DNA of 64,000 bases. It comes from Gammaproteobacteria bacterium (lineage in GTDB: Bacteria > Pseudomonadota > Gammaproteobacteria > Steroidobacterales > Rariloculaceae). The notes under the pieces were generated by a model that was not told the origin of the DNA, did no database searches, and saw nothing but the letters and a program-made list of their open reading frames with translations. The position numbers and the translations under genes were made by a program. Shown here one piece after another: positions 20,529-30,018 of the stretch. Where the stretch lies: positions 20,929 to 84,928 of the forward strand of contig DASZSB010000155.1 of the NCBI GenBank assembly GCA_035548835.1. Reading direction: 5' to 3'. How positions within the stretch are numbered: position 1 is the first letter of the stretch; the number at the start of each line of letters is the position of its first letter.

Positions 20529-22421
20529 ATGAGCACGCGCACCCGACAAAGGATCGGCTATTCGACCCTTGCGATACTGTTCGCCGCGCTGATCGTGGCC
20601 GTGGTCGCCAGCAACGTGTGGCTGCGCGGCATGCGCCTCGACCTGACGGCCAACGGCCTCTTCACGCTCGGCAGCGGCACGCGTGAGGTGTTGAAGGACA
20701 TCAAGGAACCGATCGACCTCTATTTCTTCTTCTCGAACGAGTCGACGAAGACCCTGCCGCAACTGCGCGCGTACGCGAACCGCGTTCGCGAGACGCTCGA
20801 GGAGTTCGCCGCCAACACGCCGGACGGCCGGCTCGTGTTGCACGTCGTGGACCCGGTCCCGTTCTCCGAGGACGAGGACCGCGCCGAGCAGTTCGGACTG
20901 CAGGCGGCCAACATCGGCCCGGCCGGAGAGGCCGTGTACTTCGGCCTCGCGGGCTCGAACAGCATCGGCAAGACGGACACGATCCCGTTCTTCCAGCCGG
21001 ATCCGCGCAAGGAGATGTTCCTCGAGTACGATCTCGCGCGGCTCGTCTACAACCTGTCGACCACGAAGAAGACGGTGGTCGGGCTGCTCACCAGCGCACC
21101 GATCGGCGGCGGCTTCGATCCGATCACGCAGCAGCCGAGCCAGCCGTGGACCGTGGTGGATCAGGCGCGCAAGCTGTTCGACGTCCGGACGCTGCCGGCC
21201 AGCGTGCTGAAGATCGACGACGACGTGAACGTGCTGTGGATCGTGCACCCGACGATGCTCGATGATTCGACGCTGTACGCGATCGACCAGTTCGTCATGC
21301 GCGGCGGCCGGGCGCTGATCTTCGTCGACCCGCTCGCCGAGGTTCTCGCCGGCAACGGCGGACAGGAGAGCCCGGGCGCCCCGCAGGCCACGTCGTCGCT
21401 CGACAAGCTGTTCGCGGCCTGGGGCGTGAAGTTCAACACGCACGACGTCGTCGCGGACAACCGCTATGCGCTCAGCATCGGCGGTCGCTTCAAACCCGTG
21501 CGGCACATCGGGCTGCTCGGGATCCCCATGGACGCGATGAACCAGGAAGACGTCATCACGGCGGGCCTGAACTCCGTGAACGTGGGCATCGCGGGCCACC
21601 TGGAGCTCGCCGAGGGCGCCACGGCCAAGCTGACCCCGTTGCTGCATTCGAGCCCCGAGTCCGAGATCCTGCCGGCGGACCGCTTCCAGCTCCTGGCCGA
21701 TCCCGGCGAGCTGTTGAACAACTTCACGCCAGGCGGCAAGGAGCAGGTCATCGCCGCGCGTCTGTCCGGTCCCCTGAAGACCGCGTTCCCCGACGGCCCG
21801 CCGAAGGCCGAGGGCCGCGATGCGCCGATCGATGCGGCGCTGAACGCGCAGCAGCTGAAGTCCACGGACAACGCCAGCATCGTGCTCGTCGCCGACGTCG
21901 ACATGCTGAGCGACCGGCTCTGGGTGCAGGCGCAGAACTTCCTCGGGCAGCGCATCGTGCAGGCGTTCGCCAACAACGGCGACTTCGTGATCAACGCGCT
22001 CGACAACCTGTCCGGCAGCGCGGCGTTGATCGGCCTGCGCAGCCGCGCGACGTACACGCGGCCGTTCACGAAGGTCGAGGAGCTGCGCAGCAACGCCGAT
22101 GTACAGTTCCGCGCGACCGAGCAGCGCCTCCAGGCCGAGCTGCGCGACACCGAGCAGAAGCTCGCCGAGCTTCAGGCTCAGCGCAAGGACTCGAGCTCGC
22201 TGATGATGAGCCCCGAGCAACAGGCCGAGGTGCAGAAGTTCCTGGACGAACAGGTGCGCATCCGCCAGGAGCTGCGCAACGTGCGCCGCAACCTCGATCG
22301 TGACATCGACAACCTCGGCACCACGCTCAAGATCCTGAACATCGCGCTCGTGCCGCTACTCCTCACCATCGGGGCGCTGACGGCCGTGTTCCTGAAGCGC
22401 CGCAGGAAGGCCCACGCATGA
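20529..22421 (+). CDS. GldG-family ABC accessory protein
   Basis: RLDLTANGLFTL, EYDLARL, IDQFVMRGG, NGDFVINALDNL; N- and C-terminal TM. Confidence 0.88.
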   Translation: MSTRTRQRIGYSTLAILFAALIVAVVASNVWLRGMRLDLTANGLFTLGSGTREVLKDIKEPIDLYFFFSNESTKTLPQLRAYANRVRETLEEFAANTPDGRLVLHVVDPVPFSEDEDRAEQFGLQAANIGPAGEAVYFGLAGSNSIGKTDTIPFFQPDPRKEMFLEYDLARLVYNLSTTKKTVVGLLTSAPIGGGFDPITQQPSQPWTVVDQARKLFDVRTLPASVLKIDDDVNVLWIVHPTMLDDSTLYAIDQFVMRGGRALIFVDPLAEVLAGNGGQESPGAPQATSSLDKLFAAWGVKFNTHDVVADNRYALSIGGRFKPVRHIGLLGIPMDAMNQEDVITAGLNSVNVGIAGHLELAEGATAKLTPLLHSSPESEILPADRFQLLADPGELLNNFTPGGKEQVIAARLSGPLKTAFPDGPPKAEGRDAPIDAALNAQQLKSTDNASIVLVADVDMLSDRLWVQAQNFLGQRIVQAFANNGDFVINALDNLSGSAALIGLRSRATYTRPFTKVEELRSNADVQFRATEQRLQAELRDTEQKLAELQAQRKDSSSLMMSPEQQAEVQKFLDEQVRIRQELRNVRRNLDRDIDNLGTTLKILNIALVPLLLTIGALTAVFLKRRRKAHA

Positions 22422-23527
22422 GTCAACGCAACGTCCTGATCCTGCTTGGGGCGTTCGTCGTCCTCGTCGCGCTCGTGCTGATCGGCCAGCACAGCCGCTC
22501 GCCGGACGGCGGAAGCGGCGCGCTGTTCGTGCCTTCGCTCGCCGCGGCGCTGAACGACATCGAGCGCGTCACGATCACGAAGGCCGGCAACGAGACCGTG
22601 GTGACGCTCGAGCGCAAGCCGGATGGCTGGGTCGCCACGAACAAGAACGGCTACCCGGCGGACGTGAACAAGCTGCGCCAGGGATTGAGTGCGCTGGCCG
22701 AGGCCAGAATCCTCGAGCAGAAGACGGCGAACCCCGAGCTGTACGACCACCTCGGCGTCGAGGACGTCAGTGGCGCCAAGGCAGCCGGCGTGGCAGTCAC
22801 GCTGTCGGCCAATGGGAAGAACCTGCCGACGCTGATCCTCGGCAACGCCGAAGGATCGAAATTCCGGTACGCGCGTCGCGCGGGCGAAGCGCCGAGCTAC
22901 CTGATCGACAGGAACCCCGAGTTCCCGCGCGGCGTAGGCCAGTGGCTCGATGCGCGCATCATCGACGTGCGCAGCGACCGCATCGCCGAGGTCACGATCA
23001 CCCATACGGACGGACAGGTGGTTCACCTCTCGAAAGCCAGCAAGGACGCGCAGAACTTCGACGTCGCGGACGTGCCGAAGGGGCGCGAACTGCTGTATCC
23101 CGGCGTCGCGAACGTAATCGGCAACGCGCTGCGCGAGCTGAATCTCGAAGACGTGGAGCCCGCGACCGCGTCGCCGCCTGCCAAGCCGACGGTCGTCGAG
23201 TTCCGCACGTTCGACGGGCTCGTCGTTCGCGTCGAGGGCGAGAAGCGGGGCGACGCCGCCTGGATCGGCCTCGTGGCCAGTGCCAACGCGCCCGCGCCCG
23301 CGCCCGCACCCGCACCCGCACCCGCGGCCGCGGCTGCACCGGCTGCTGATGGCGCCGCCGCACCGGGCGCCGCCGCGAAACCGGCGGACCCGGCCGCGGA
23401 GGCCGCGAGCATCAACGCGAAGGTCGGAGCCTGGCGCTACAAGATCGCAACCTTCCAGTACGACCAGCTGACCCGCCGGCTCACGGACCTGCTGAAGCCG
23501 CCGGCCGACGTTCCCAAGGCCCGCTGA
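22418..23527 (+). CDS. DUF4340-like membrane-anchored protein
   Basis: Usual fourth gene of GldAFG-like modules; N-terminal TM, LLGN...YARR, TFDGLVV. Confidence 0.75.
   Translation: MSQRNVLILLGAFVVLVALVLIGQHSRSPDGGSGALFVPSLAAALNDIERVTITKAGNETVVTLERKPDGWVATNKNGYPADVNKLRQGLSALAEARILEQKTANPELYDHLGVEDVSGAKAAGVAVTLSANGKNLPTLILGNAEGSKFRYARRAGEAPSYLIDRNPEFPRGVGQWLDARIIDVRSDRIAEVTITHTDGQVVHLSKASKDAQNFDVADVPKGRELLYPGVANVIGNALRELNLEDVEPATASPPAKPTVVEFRTFDGLVVRVEGEKRGDAAWIGLVASANAPAPAPAPAPAPAAAAAPAADGAAAPGAAAKPADPAAEAASINAKVGAWRYKIATFQYDQLTRRLTDLLKPPADVPKAR
23291..23326 (+). repeat. (CCCGCR)x6 tandem repeat encoding a Pro-Ala linker
   Basis: cccgcg cccgcg cccgca cccgca cccgca cccgcg, in frame. Confidence 0.9.
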
Positions 23528-23632
23528 CTCCCCCGAAGGGGGACGCCCCAAGGCCGCGCTCTGCTGCGGCCCTTCGACAGGCTCGGCGAAGCCTATACTC
23601 CCGCGGTCGCCACCCCCTTGGGGGACTGTGCA

Positions 23633-23992
23633 ATGACACACCGCGTGCTGTTGCTGACCGCCGCCGCGACGCTCGTGCTCTGCACCCGCCTTGCGAGCGC
23701 CCAGCCGGGACCGCCGTCGTTCGACCAGATCGACAAGGACAAGAACGGCTCACTGTCGAAGGAAGAAGTCGCCGCGTTCTTCACCGAGCGACGCGCAGCC
23801 GCCGGCGGGCCACCGCGCGGCGCGGGTGCCGGCGGTCCTCCCGGCGGCGGACCGCCGGATCCGGCCCAGATCTTCACGCGCTGGGACACGAACGGCGACG
23901 GCAAGGTCACGAAGGCCGAGTTCGATGCCCGCCCGCGCCCGGGCGGCGGACCTGGCGCGCAGCAGCGCCCACCGCCCTCACCCGCCAGGTAA
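23633..23992 (+). CDS. Secreted two-EF-hand protein
   Basis: Signal peptide; loops DKDKNGSLSKEE and DTNGDGKVTKAE separated by a Gly/Pro-rich linker. Confidence 0.85.
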   Translation: MTHRVLLLTAAATLVLCTRLASAQPGPPSFDQIDKDKNGSLSKEEVAAFFTERRAAAGGPPRGAGAGGPPGGGPPDPAQIFTRWDTNGDGKVTKAEFDARPRPGGGPGAQQRPPPSPAR

Positions 23993-24127
23993 CGCGCGCC
24001 GGAAGCCCGGCGGCGGGTCCCGCACGCGGCCGCGCGGGCCCGCGGGCGCCCTGCACGCGCGCGAAACTTACCTGTGCCAAAGGCGCCGAGTACACTGGCG
24101 AGCCGGTTTTGATGGCACGAGCCGCCC

Positions 24128-25678
24128 ATGAGCACTGTCCGCAAGTCCTACCCCGTGGCCGCGAGCTACGCGCCGCTGATCGCGCGCGCGCAGGTCTACG
24201 ACGTCGCGATCGAGTCGCCGCTCGACCGCGCGCCGCGGCTGTCGAAACGGCTCGGGCACGAGGTGCTGCTGAAGCGCGAGGATCTGCAGGCCGTCTTCTC
24301 GTTCAAACTGCGCGGCGCGTACAACCGCATGGCGCACCTGCCCGCGGCGGCGCTCGCCAAGGGGGTGATCTGCAGCTCGGCCGGCAATCACGCGCAGGGA
24401 GTCGCCCTCGCGGCCAGGCGTCGCGGCGTTCGCGCGGTGATCGTGATGCCCACGAGCACGCCGTCGATCAAGGTCGACGCCGTGGCCGCGCTCGGCGGCG
24501 AGATCGTGCTCGAAGGTGCCACGTTCGACGACGCGTATGCGTACGCGATGCAGCTTCGCGCCGAGCAGGATCTGACGTTCGTGCACCCGTTCAACGACCC
24601 CGACGTGATCGCGGGCCAGGCCACGGTCGGCATCGAGCTCGAACGGCAGTGGCCACAGCTGCCGGCCGCCGTGTTCGTGCCGATCGGCGGCGGCGGCCTC
24701 GTCAGCGGTGTCGGCGCCTACTTGAAGAACCGCCATCCCGGCATCCGGATCGTGGGCGTGGAGCCGCTCGAGTCGGCCAGCATGTACGAGTCGCTGAAGC
24801 GCGGCGCGCCGTTCACGCTCGACCGCGTCGGCACGTTCGCCGAGGGCGTGGCCGTACGCCGCGTCGGCGACGAGACGTTCCGCGTCGCGAGCGAGGTCGT
24901 CGACGAGATCATCCTCGTCAGCACCGACGAGATCTGCGCGGCCATCAAGGACATCTTCGAGGACAGCCGCGTGATCGTGGAACCCGCGGGCGCACTCGGA
25001 GTGGCTGGTCTCAAGCGCTACGTCGAGCGCGGCGCGACGCCGGACGGCCCGCTGATCGCGATCAACAGCGGCGCCAACATGAATTTCGACCGGCTACGCC
25101 ACGTCGCCGAGCGAGCCGAGATCGGCGAGCATCGCGAGGCCGTGCTCGCGGTCGAGATACCGGAGCAGCCGGGCGCCTTCTTGCGCTTTTGCGAAGCACT
25201 CGGCACGCGCAACATCACGGAGTTCAACTATCGCTACGCACCCGGCACGACCGCGCGCATCTTCGTGGGCGTGTCGCTGCAACGCGGTCTGAACGAAGCG
25301 GCGGAAATCGTCGCGCTGCTGAAGGAGCGCGGCTACCCCGTGCTCGATCTGAGCGACAACGAGCTCGCGAAGCTGCACGTGCGCCACCTCGTGGGCGGCC
25401 AGGTGCCGGGACTGAAGCACGAGCTGCTGTACCGCTTCGAGTTCCCGGAGCGGCCCGGTGCGCTGCGCGCTTTCCTGCAGGCCGTCGGCGATCGCTGGAA
25501 CATCAGCCTGTTCCACTACCGCAATCACGGCTCGGACTACGGCCGCGTTCTGGCCGGCGTGCAGGTGCCGCCCGCGGATCGCGCGAAGTTCACGCAGCAC
25601 CTGGCGCGGCTCGGCTACACCTATGCCGACGAGACGGAGAACCCCGCGTATCGCCTGTTCCTGCGCTCCGCGGACTGA
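24128..25678 (+). CDS. ilvA: Biosynthetic threonine dehydratase
   Basis: VFSFKLRGAYN, SAGNHAQG, IGGGGL, SGANMNF; C-terminal regulatory domain FEFPERPGAL. Confidence 0.97.
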   Translation: MSTVRKSYPVAASYAPLIARAQVYDVAIESPLDRAPRLSKRLGHEVLLKREDLQAVFSFKLRGAYNRMAHLPAAALAKGVICSSAGNHAQGVALAARRRGVRAVIVMPTSTPSIKVDAVAALGGEIVLEGATFDDAYAYAMQLRAEQDLTFVHPFNDPDVIAGQATVGIELERQWPQLPAAVFVPIGGGGLVSGVGAYLKNRHPGIRIVGVEPLESASMYESLKRGAPFTLDRVGTFAEGVAVRRVGDETFRVASEVVDEIILVSTDEICAAIKDIFEDSRVIVEPAGALGVAGLKRYVERGATPDGPLIAINSGANMNFDRLRHVAERAEIGEHREAVLAVEIPEQPGAFLRFCEALGTRNITEFNYRYAPGTTARIFVGVSLQRGLNEAAEIVALLKERGYPVLDLSDNELAKLHVRHLVGGQVPGLKHELLYRFEFPERPGALRAFLQAVGDRWNISLFHYRNHGSDYGRVLAGVQVPPADRAKFTQHLARLGYTYADETENPAYRLFLRSAD

Positions 25679-25697
25679 CAGCCGGGCGCACTGGCGC

Positions 25698-26219
25698 TCA
25701 GCGCGGCGGGCCGGTGGCCTGCCGGTCGAACACGAACAGGAAACTCAGAGGTGCGCCCCTCACGTCCGTCGCCTCGACCGTGAACGACAGCGTCGTGCCG
25801 TCGGCCGACACCCACTTGCGGCCGTGCGCCGTCACCTTGCCGCTCTGCTTGTCGACCCAGTCCACGGTGTGGGAGTCGACCGGAGTCTCCGCATAGGTGC
25901 CGGTCGGTTTCGTGCCGTCGATCTGCAGGGCCGCGAGCGCACCGGAGTCGAACTCGGGGTAGTCCTTGCCGTCGGCCTTGGCGGCGAACTGCAGGAAGTA
26001 GGGATTCCCGGCGGCGTCGACGACGACCGCAAGACCGACCAGCGTGCCGTCCGGCGCGAGGCTGTAACGGCGCACGTGCACCTGTGGCGGCGGCCCCGGC
26101 GGCAGACGGGAGGCCGCGACGTTCAGCTTCCATGTGCCGAGCACGTAAGGTGCCTGGGCGAACGCGGCCGGCAAGGCGGCGAACAGCGAAACGCAGCCGA
26201 CGGCAGCGGCACGCCACAC
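25698..26219 (-). CDS. Secreted hypothetical beta-rich protein
   Basis: Probable GTG start at 26219; signal peptide; GTWKLNVAAS...DGKDYP...VSADGTTL pattern; start uncertain. Confidence 0.7.
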   Translation of the reverse strand: MWRAAAVGCVSLFAALPAAFAQAPYVLGTWKLNVAASRLPPGPPPQVHVRRYSLAPDGTLVGLAVVVDAAGNPYFLQFAAKADGKDYPEFDSGALAALQIDGTKPTGTYAETPVDSHTVDWVDKQSGKVTAHGRKWVSADGTTLSFTVEATDVRGAPLSFLFVFDRQATGPPR

Positions 26220-26232
26220 GCCGCGGCTGCGA

Positions 26233-26835
26233 TCAGGCCGCAAAGGGCTTGAGCGGCGCGAGCTGCGCGTCGAGCTGCTGCAACGCATCCCCACCCAACA
26301 ACGCCTTGGCCGCCGCCTTGGCGCGGGACTTCTTGCGCCACCAACCGTACACCGGCAGGCCGATCAGAGCCAGGAACCCGAGGCCACTCGAGATGAAGAA
26401 CAGCACGACGATGATGGCGGCCGCCACACCGATCACGCCCCAGCTGTACGGCTCCTCCATCCACGCGGCGACGCTGGCCTGCGAGGCGTCGTGGCGCTCG
26501 CCCGTGTTGTGATTCCGCACGGCCAGGAACGGCCCCTCGTTCTTGCCTTCGGCGATGGTCCACATGACGGACATCGTCTGGCCTTCGCGGCACGGGAAAT
26601 CGAAGTTGACGGTCTTGAACGCGCGCTCCTTGCCGGTGCTGTCGGCCAGGAAAAACTCGTGGTGATCCACGGTGCGCGACGAGACGGACGTGGACGCCTG
26701 GTTGTTGCCGTGGTACTGCGTGGTGCTGCTGATCTGCGTTTCCTTCTGCTTCTGGCTGGACAGCACTTTGCCCGTGAAGTAGTAGAGCTGGCACCGGCGG
26801 CCGTCGGGAACCGTGGTCTTGGGGCCTTCGGACAT
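26233..26835 (-). CDS. Hypothetical membrane protein (200 aa)
   Basis: GAGGAG RBS before ATG 26835; soluble N-domain plus C-terminal hydrophobic hairpin. Confidence 0.75.
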   Translation of the reverse strand: MSEGPKTTVPDGRRCQLYYFTGKVLSSQKQKETQISSTTQYHGNNQASTSVSSRTVDHHEFFLADSTGKERAFKTVNFDFPCREGQTMSVMWTIAEGKNEGPFLAVRNHNTGERHDASQASVAAWMEEPYSWGVIGVAAAIIVVLFFISSGLGFLALIGLPVYGWWRKKSRAKAAAKALLGGDALQQLDAQLAPLKPFAA

Positions 26836-26989
26836 GGGAGCCTCCTCGATTCTTATTGTTGTACGCGGCCTTCTGGCGCGTTCCGGTAGCTTTTCACCAA
26901 GCTGGAGGAGGGTCAATATGCGTGAATCGCCTGGTGCAACGGGCTACCTTTCCTGCGTTTCGTTTGCTAGCGTGCGCGCTGCCGGCGAC

Positions 26990-28105
26990 GTGCACGACCG
27001 GCACTCGGCAACGAACCCATCCCGAGAGGTCGACCCTACGCAACCCGTCACCGAAACCCTGGTCCTGCCCGAACGCAGCAAGTCGCTGTTCCACGTCATC
27101 GACCCGCATGTGTTCGACCGCGCCCTGCTCGACGAGCTGTGCGACCTCGCGACGCGGGTCCGCACGCTGGCCAAGTCCGACGTCGGCGCCCGCGCCCTGC
27201 GCGACCTGCTGCCGACGCGCCGCGCAATGCTGTACTTTACGCAGCCCTCGACCCGGACGTTCCTGTCGTTCAACAACGCCTGCCACATCCTGGGGATGCG
27301 CACGAGCGAGATCCGCGATCCGTCCACCTCCTCGGAGGTGAAGGGCGAGAGCTTCGAGGACTCGATCCGGACGTTCAGCTCGTACGTGGACGTCATCATC
27401 ATGCGCACGAAGGAAGCCGGCCGCGCCGCACAGGCGGCCAGGCTCATGGACAGCATTCCGCGCCCGGTGCCCGTGATCAACGCCGGCAGCGGCAGCGATC
27501 AGCATCCCACGCAGGCGCTGCTCGACATCTACACGCTCGCGCGCAGCTTCGAGGAGCGCGGCGGCATCGACGGCAAGGTCATCGGCATGATGGGCGACCT
27601 GAAGCGCGGCCGCACCGTGCGCTCGCTCTGCTACCTGATGCGCCACTATCGCGACGTGCGGCTCGTGTTCATCGCACCGCCGCAATTCGCCATGGAGAAG
27701 GACGTCAAGACCTATCTCGACGAGCACGGCATCGCGTACGCCGAGACCACGCAGCTCGCCGACGTGCTGCCGCGGCTCGACGCTTTGTACGTCACGCGCA
27801 TGCAGACGGAATGGGACACGGCGGGCGAATCGCGCGCGGTGGATCTACGCCCGTTCAGCATCGGCCTGAACGAGCTCACGCTCATGAAACGCGACGCCAT
27901 CATCATGCACCCGTTGCCACGCGGCCAGGAGATCGACCCGGCCGTGGATCACGATCCACGCGCCATGTACTGGCGGCAGGAGCGCAACGGCATGTGGATG
28001 CGCGTGGCCGTGCTGATCAAGATCTTCGGCGTCGAGCGCATCGTCACCGCTCTGGCAGCCGCGGACACGACGCCACCGCCGCCGCCCGGCCGCGCACTGG
28101 CCTGA
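26990..28105 (+). CDS. pyrB: Aspartate carbamoyltransferase
   Basis: QPSTRTFLSF, HPTQALLD, GDLKRGRTVRSL, YVTRMQTE, MHPLPR; start uncertain. Confidence 0.93.
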   Translation: MHDRHSATNPSREVDPTQPVTETLVLPERSKSLFHVIDPHVFDRALLDELCDLATRVRTLAKSDVGARALRDLLPTRRAMLYFTQPSTRTFLSFNNACHILGMRTSEIRDPSTSSEVKGESFEDSIRTFSSYVDVIIMRTKEAGRAAQAARLMDSIPRPVPVINAGSGSDQHPTQALLDIYTLARSFEERGGIDGKVIGMMGDLKRGRTVRSLCYLMRHYRDVRLVFIAPPQFAMEKDVKTYLDEHGIAYAETTQLADVLPRLDALYVTRMQTEWDTAGESRAVDLRPFSIGLNELTLMKRDAIIMHPLPRGQEIDPAVDHDPRAMYWRQERNGMWMRVAVLIKIFGVERIVTALAAADTTPPPPPGRALA

Positions 28106-28122
28106 GCGGGCAGCGCGATACG

Positions 28123-28764
28123 CTACTGCGCGTCGATGTGCGCGAGCTTGGACTGCTGCGACAGCCGATAGAACGTACGCAGCTCGCGTTGCACGGCCTC
28201 GTCGCCCGCGCCTCGCGTGAGCGCCGGCGCGAGCCGCCGGCAGTACTTGCCCGCGTAGCGGTTCGCGCGCCGGTAGCGCTCGCGCTCCTCGCCGTTCAAC
28301 TCGCTCGCGAGCCGCGGCCGATCGAACAGCCAGTCGTGCAGCGCGGGTAACTCGCGGCCGTTCTGCCGCTTCAGCAGCAAACCGGTCGTGACAAACTTGT
28401 CCACTTCCGCCTGCAGCTCGAGCTCGAACAGGGTCACGTGCTTCTCGCGCTGCGCGTTCCAGGCGTAGTAGGTGAAGTGGCTCACGCCTTCGAGCGCCGC
28501 CCAGAAGTCGGCGAGGTTGTCGGCGTCGAGGCACGTCAGGGGATCCCGCTCCGCCAGCCGCCGCAGCAACTCGGCCTCGAGATACAGCGCGACCTCCGCC
28601 TCGCCGTCGGCCTCCGCGATCAGCAGTTTCTCGTCGACGTCGCGGCCACCCGTGTCGAGTGCGCGCGCGAACGCGGCGTCGGTGATCAGGAAGTCGTCCA
28701 CGCCGTACTGCACGTCCAGCGCATACAGCTCGTGCAGCAAGGCCTGCAGCTTCGCGAGCAGCAT
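28123..28764 (-). CDS. Hypothetical protein (213 aa), possible zincin-like fold
   Basis: ATG 3 nt after the upstream stop; LEGVSHF and ELELQAEVDKF motifs. Confidence 0.8.
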   Translation of the reverse strand: MLLAKLQALLHELYALDVQYGVDDFLITDAAFARALDTGGRDVDEKLLIAEADGEAEVALYLEAELLRRLAERDPLTCLDADNLADFWAALEGVSHFTYYAWNAQREKHVTLFELELQAEVDKFVTTGLLLKRQNGRELPALHDWLFDRPRLASELNGEERERYRRANRYAGKYCRRLAPALTRGAGDEAVQRELRTFYRLSQQSKLAHIDAQ

Positions 28765-28766
28765 GC

Positions 28767-29396
28767 TCAGTGCCGCGTGGCCGCGGTCAGAGTGACGTTC
28801 GGCTCGATGCCCTGCTCGCGCAACAGCCGCGCCGCGCGCTGGCTGCCGGTTCTGAGCCACACTTCGTAGAGCCGCAGCACGTCGGCCGCCGCGGCAGAGC
28901 CCGACGCACGGATCTCGGCCAGCACGTCGACGAAGTCGCGGAACTTCGCCGCAAGCTCGGCGAATACGGCGGAGAGCGCGCGTCCGTGCAGCGTGCCGCG
29001 CACGCCTGCCGAGAGCCGCCCGTACGCGGCCCCGCCCATGTCGATGTAGTAGTCGACGTCGACGAGCTTGCGAGCGAAGCCATCGCCGAGGAAACCCGCC
29101 ACGAACAACGAGGTGTCGCCGACCCGGCGCAACACCGCGTTGCGCGTTTCGCGATCCGGCGCGTCCGCCGCCTCCGCGAGCAGCAGCGCGAGCGGTTGTA
29201 GTCCAGGTCCCGTCCTGCTGTTGTCGTACAGCGCTTCGTGACGGGCGAACAGCGTGAGCAGGTTCACCACGTAGTAGGCGGTGTGGTCGTCCGCCGCTAC
29301 ACCCTGCTTGGCCATGGCAGTGGCCACGGAGTCCTTGAAGAACTCCCGGAGGCTCACTACCGGACGAACTCGATGAGTTGCCGCGCGCAATGACAT
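28767..29396 (-). CDS. Hypothetical all-helical protein (209 aa)
   Basis: AGGAG RBS; LRRVGDTSLFVAGF, DYYIDMGGAAY, LYEVWLRTGS. Confidence 0.85.
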   Translation of the reverse strand: MSLRAATHRVRPVVSLREFFKDSVATAMAKQGVAADDHTAYYVVNLLTLFARHEALYDNSRTGPGLQPLALLLAEAADAPDRETRNAVLRRVGDTSLFVAGFLGDGFARKLVDVDYYIDMGGAAYGRLSAGVRGTLHGRALSAVFAELAAKFRDFVDVLAEIRASGSAAAADVLRLYEVWLRTGSQRAARLLREQGIEPNVTLTAATRH

Positions 29397-29490
29397 CTCC
29401 TGCTACCCGGCTGCTCTGCCGCTTACGACAGCAGAGCATGCCGCTTCGGTTCGAGTATAGAACCGCATGCGTAGCGGACCGCGCAACACT

Positions 29491-29934
29491 TCACGTTTCT
29501 TTGCCTGGCACTCGCTGCTCGAGAGCGCTAAGCATGCGCGTGCAGTGGCCGTCGATGCGCTCCTGCCAATGCCGGCGGCGCAGAGTGGCAGCGCCGTTCA
29601 GCAGATAGCGCGCGTCGAGCAGCACACGGGACCCTTCCTCCACCGGCTCGAGCCGCCAGTGCAACCGCAACTGCACACAACACGGCGGATCGAGCAGCAT
29701 CTCCTGCAGCGTGATCGACACGGGCCGCAGGCACGCGAGCACCTTGCCACGCCGCAATACCTTGCCGCGCTGCTGCGCGTACTGGCAACCGGCGCGCGGC
29801 GGCGTGCCGGCATCGGCCAGCGCGACGCCTCCCCAGCGACCCTTGCCGATGACCTCGATCAGTGCCGCGAACGCCTCGGTCATCGGACACTGTAACTGTC
29901 TCTCGTGCCGCCGTTTCAGCACGGTGCCCTCCAT
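29491..29934 (-). CDS. Hypothetical protein, possibly SRPBCC/START-like
   Basis: LRLHWRLEPVEEGSRVLLDARY strand-turn-strand followed by a long C-terminal helix; weak. Confidence 0.5.
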   Translation of the reverse strand: MEGTVLKRRHERQLQCPMTEAFAALIEVIGKGRWGGVALADAGTPPRAGCQYAQQRGKVLRRGKVLACLRPVSITLQEMLLDPPCCVQLRLHWRLEPVEEGSRVLLDARYLLNGAATLRRRHWQERIDGHCTRMLSALEQRVPGKET

Positions 29935-30018
29935 GACGTGCTCGTGGAGGACAAGGTAGCGGCGCGCGCGAAAGCGCGGCGAGACGCGTTTCTCGGCGAA
30001 TGCGCGGGAAACGCCGCG

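Noticed and set aside
18858-22421. Gliding motility locus
   Set aside because: No gldB/D/H/J/K-N or T9SS genes; GldAFG-like modules are widespread in non-gliders
23291-23326. Hexamer repeat as a phase-variation tract
   Set aside because: In-frame, imperfect and encodes a Pro-Ala linker, so slippage would not switch expression
29437-29470. GGTTCGA suggests a tRNA T-loop
   Set aside because: No acceptor, D or anticodon arms; it is just part of a hairpin
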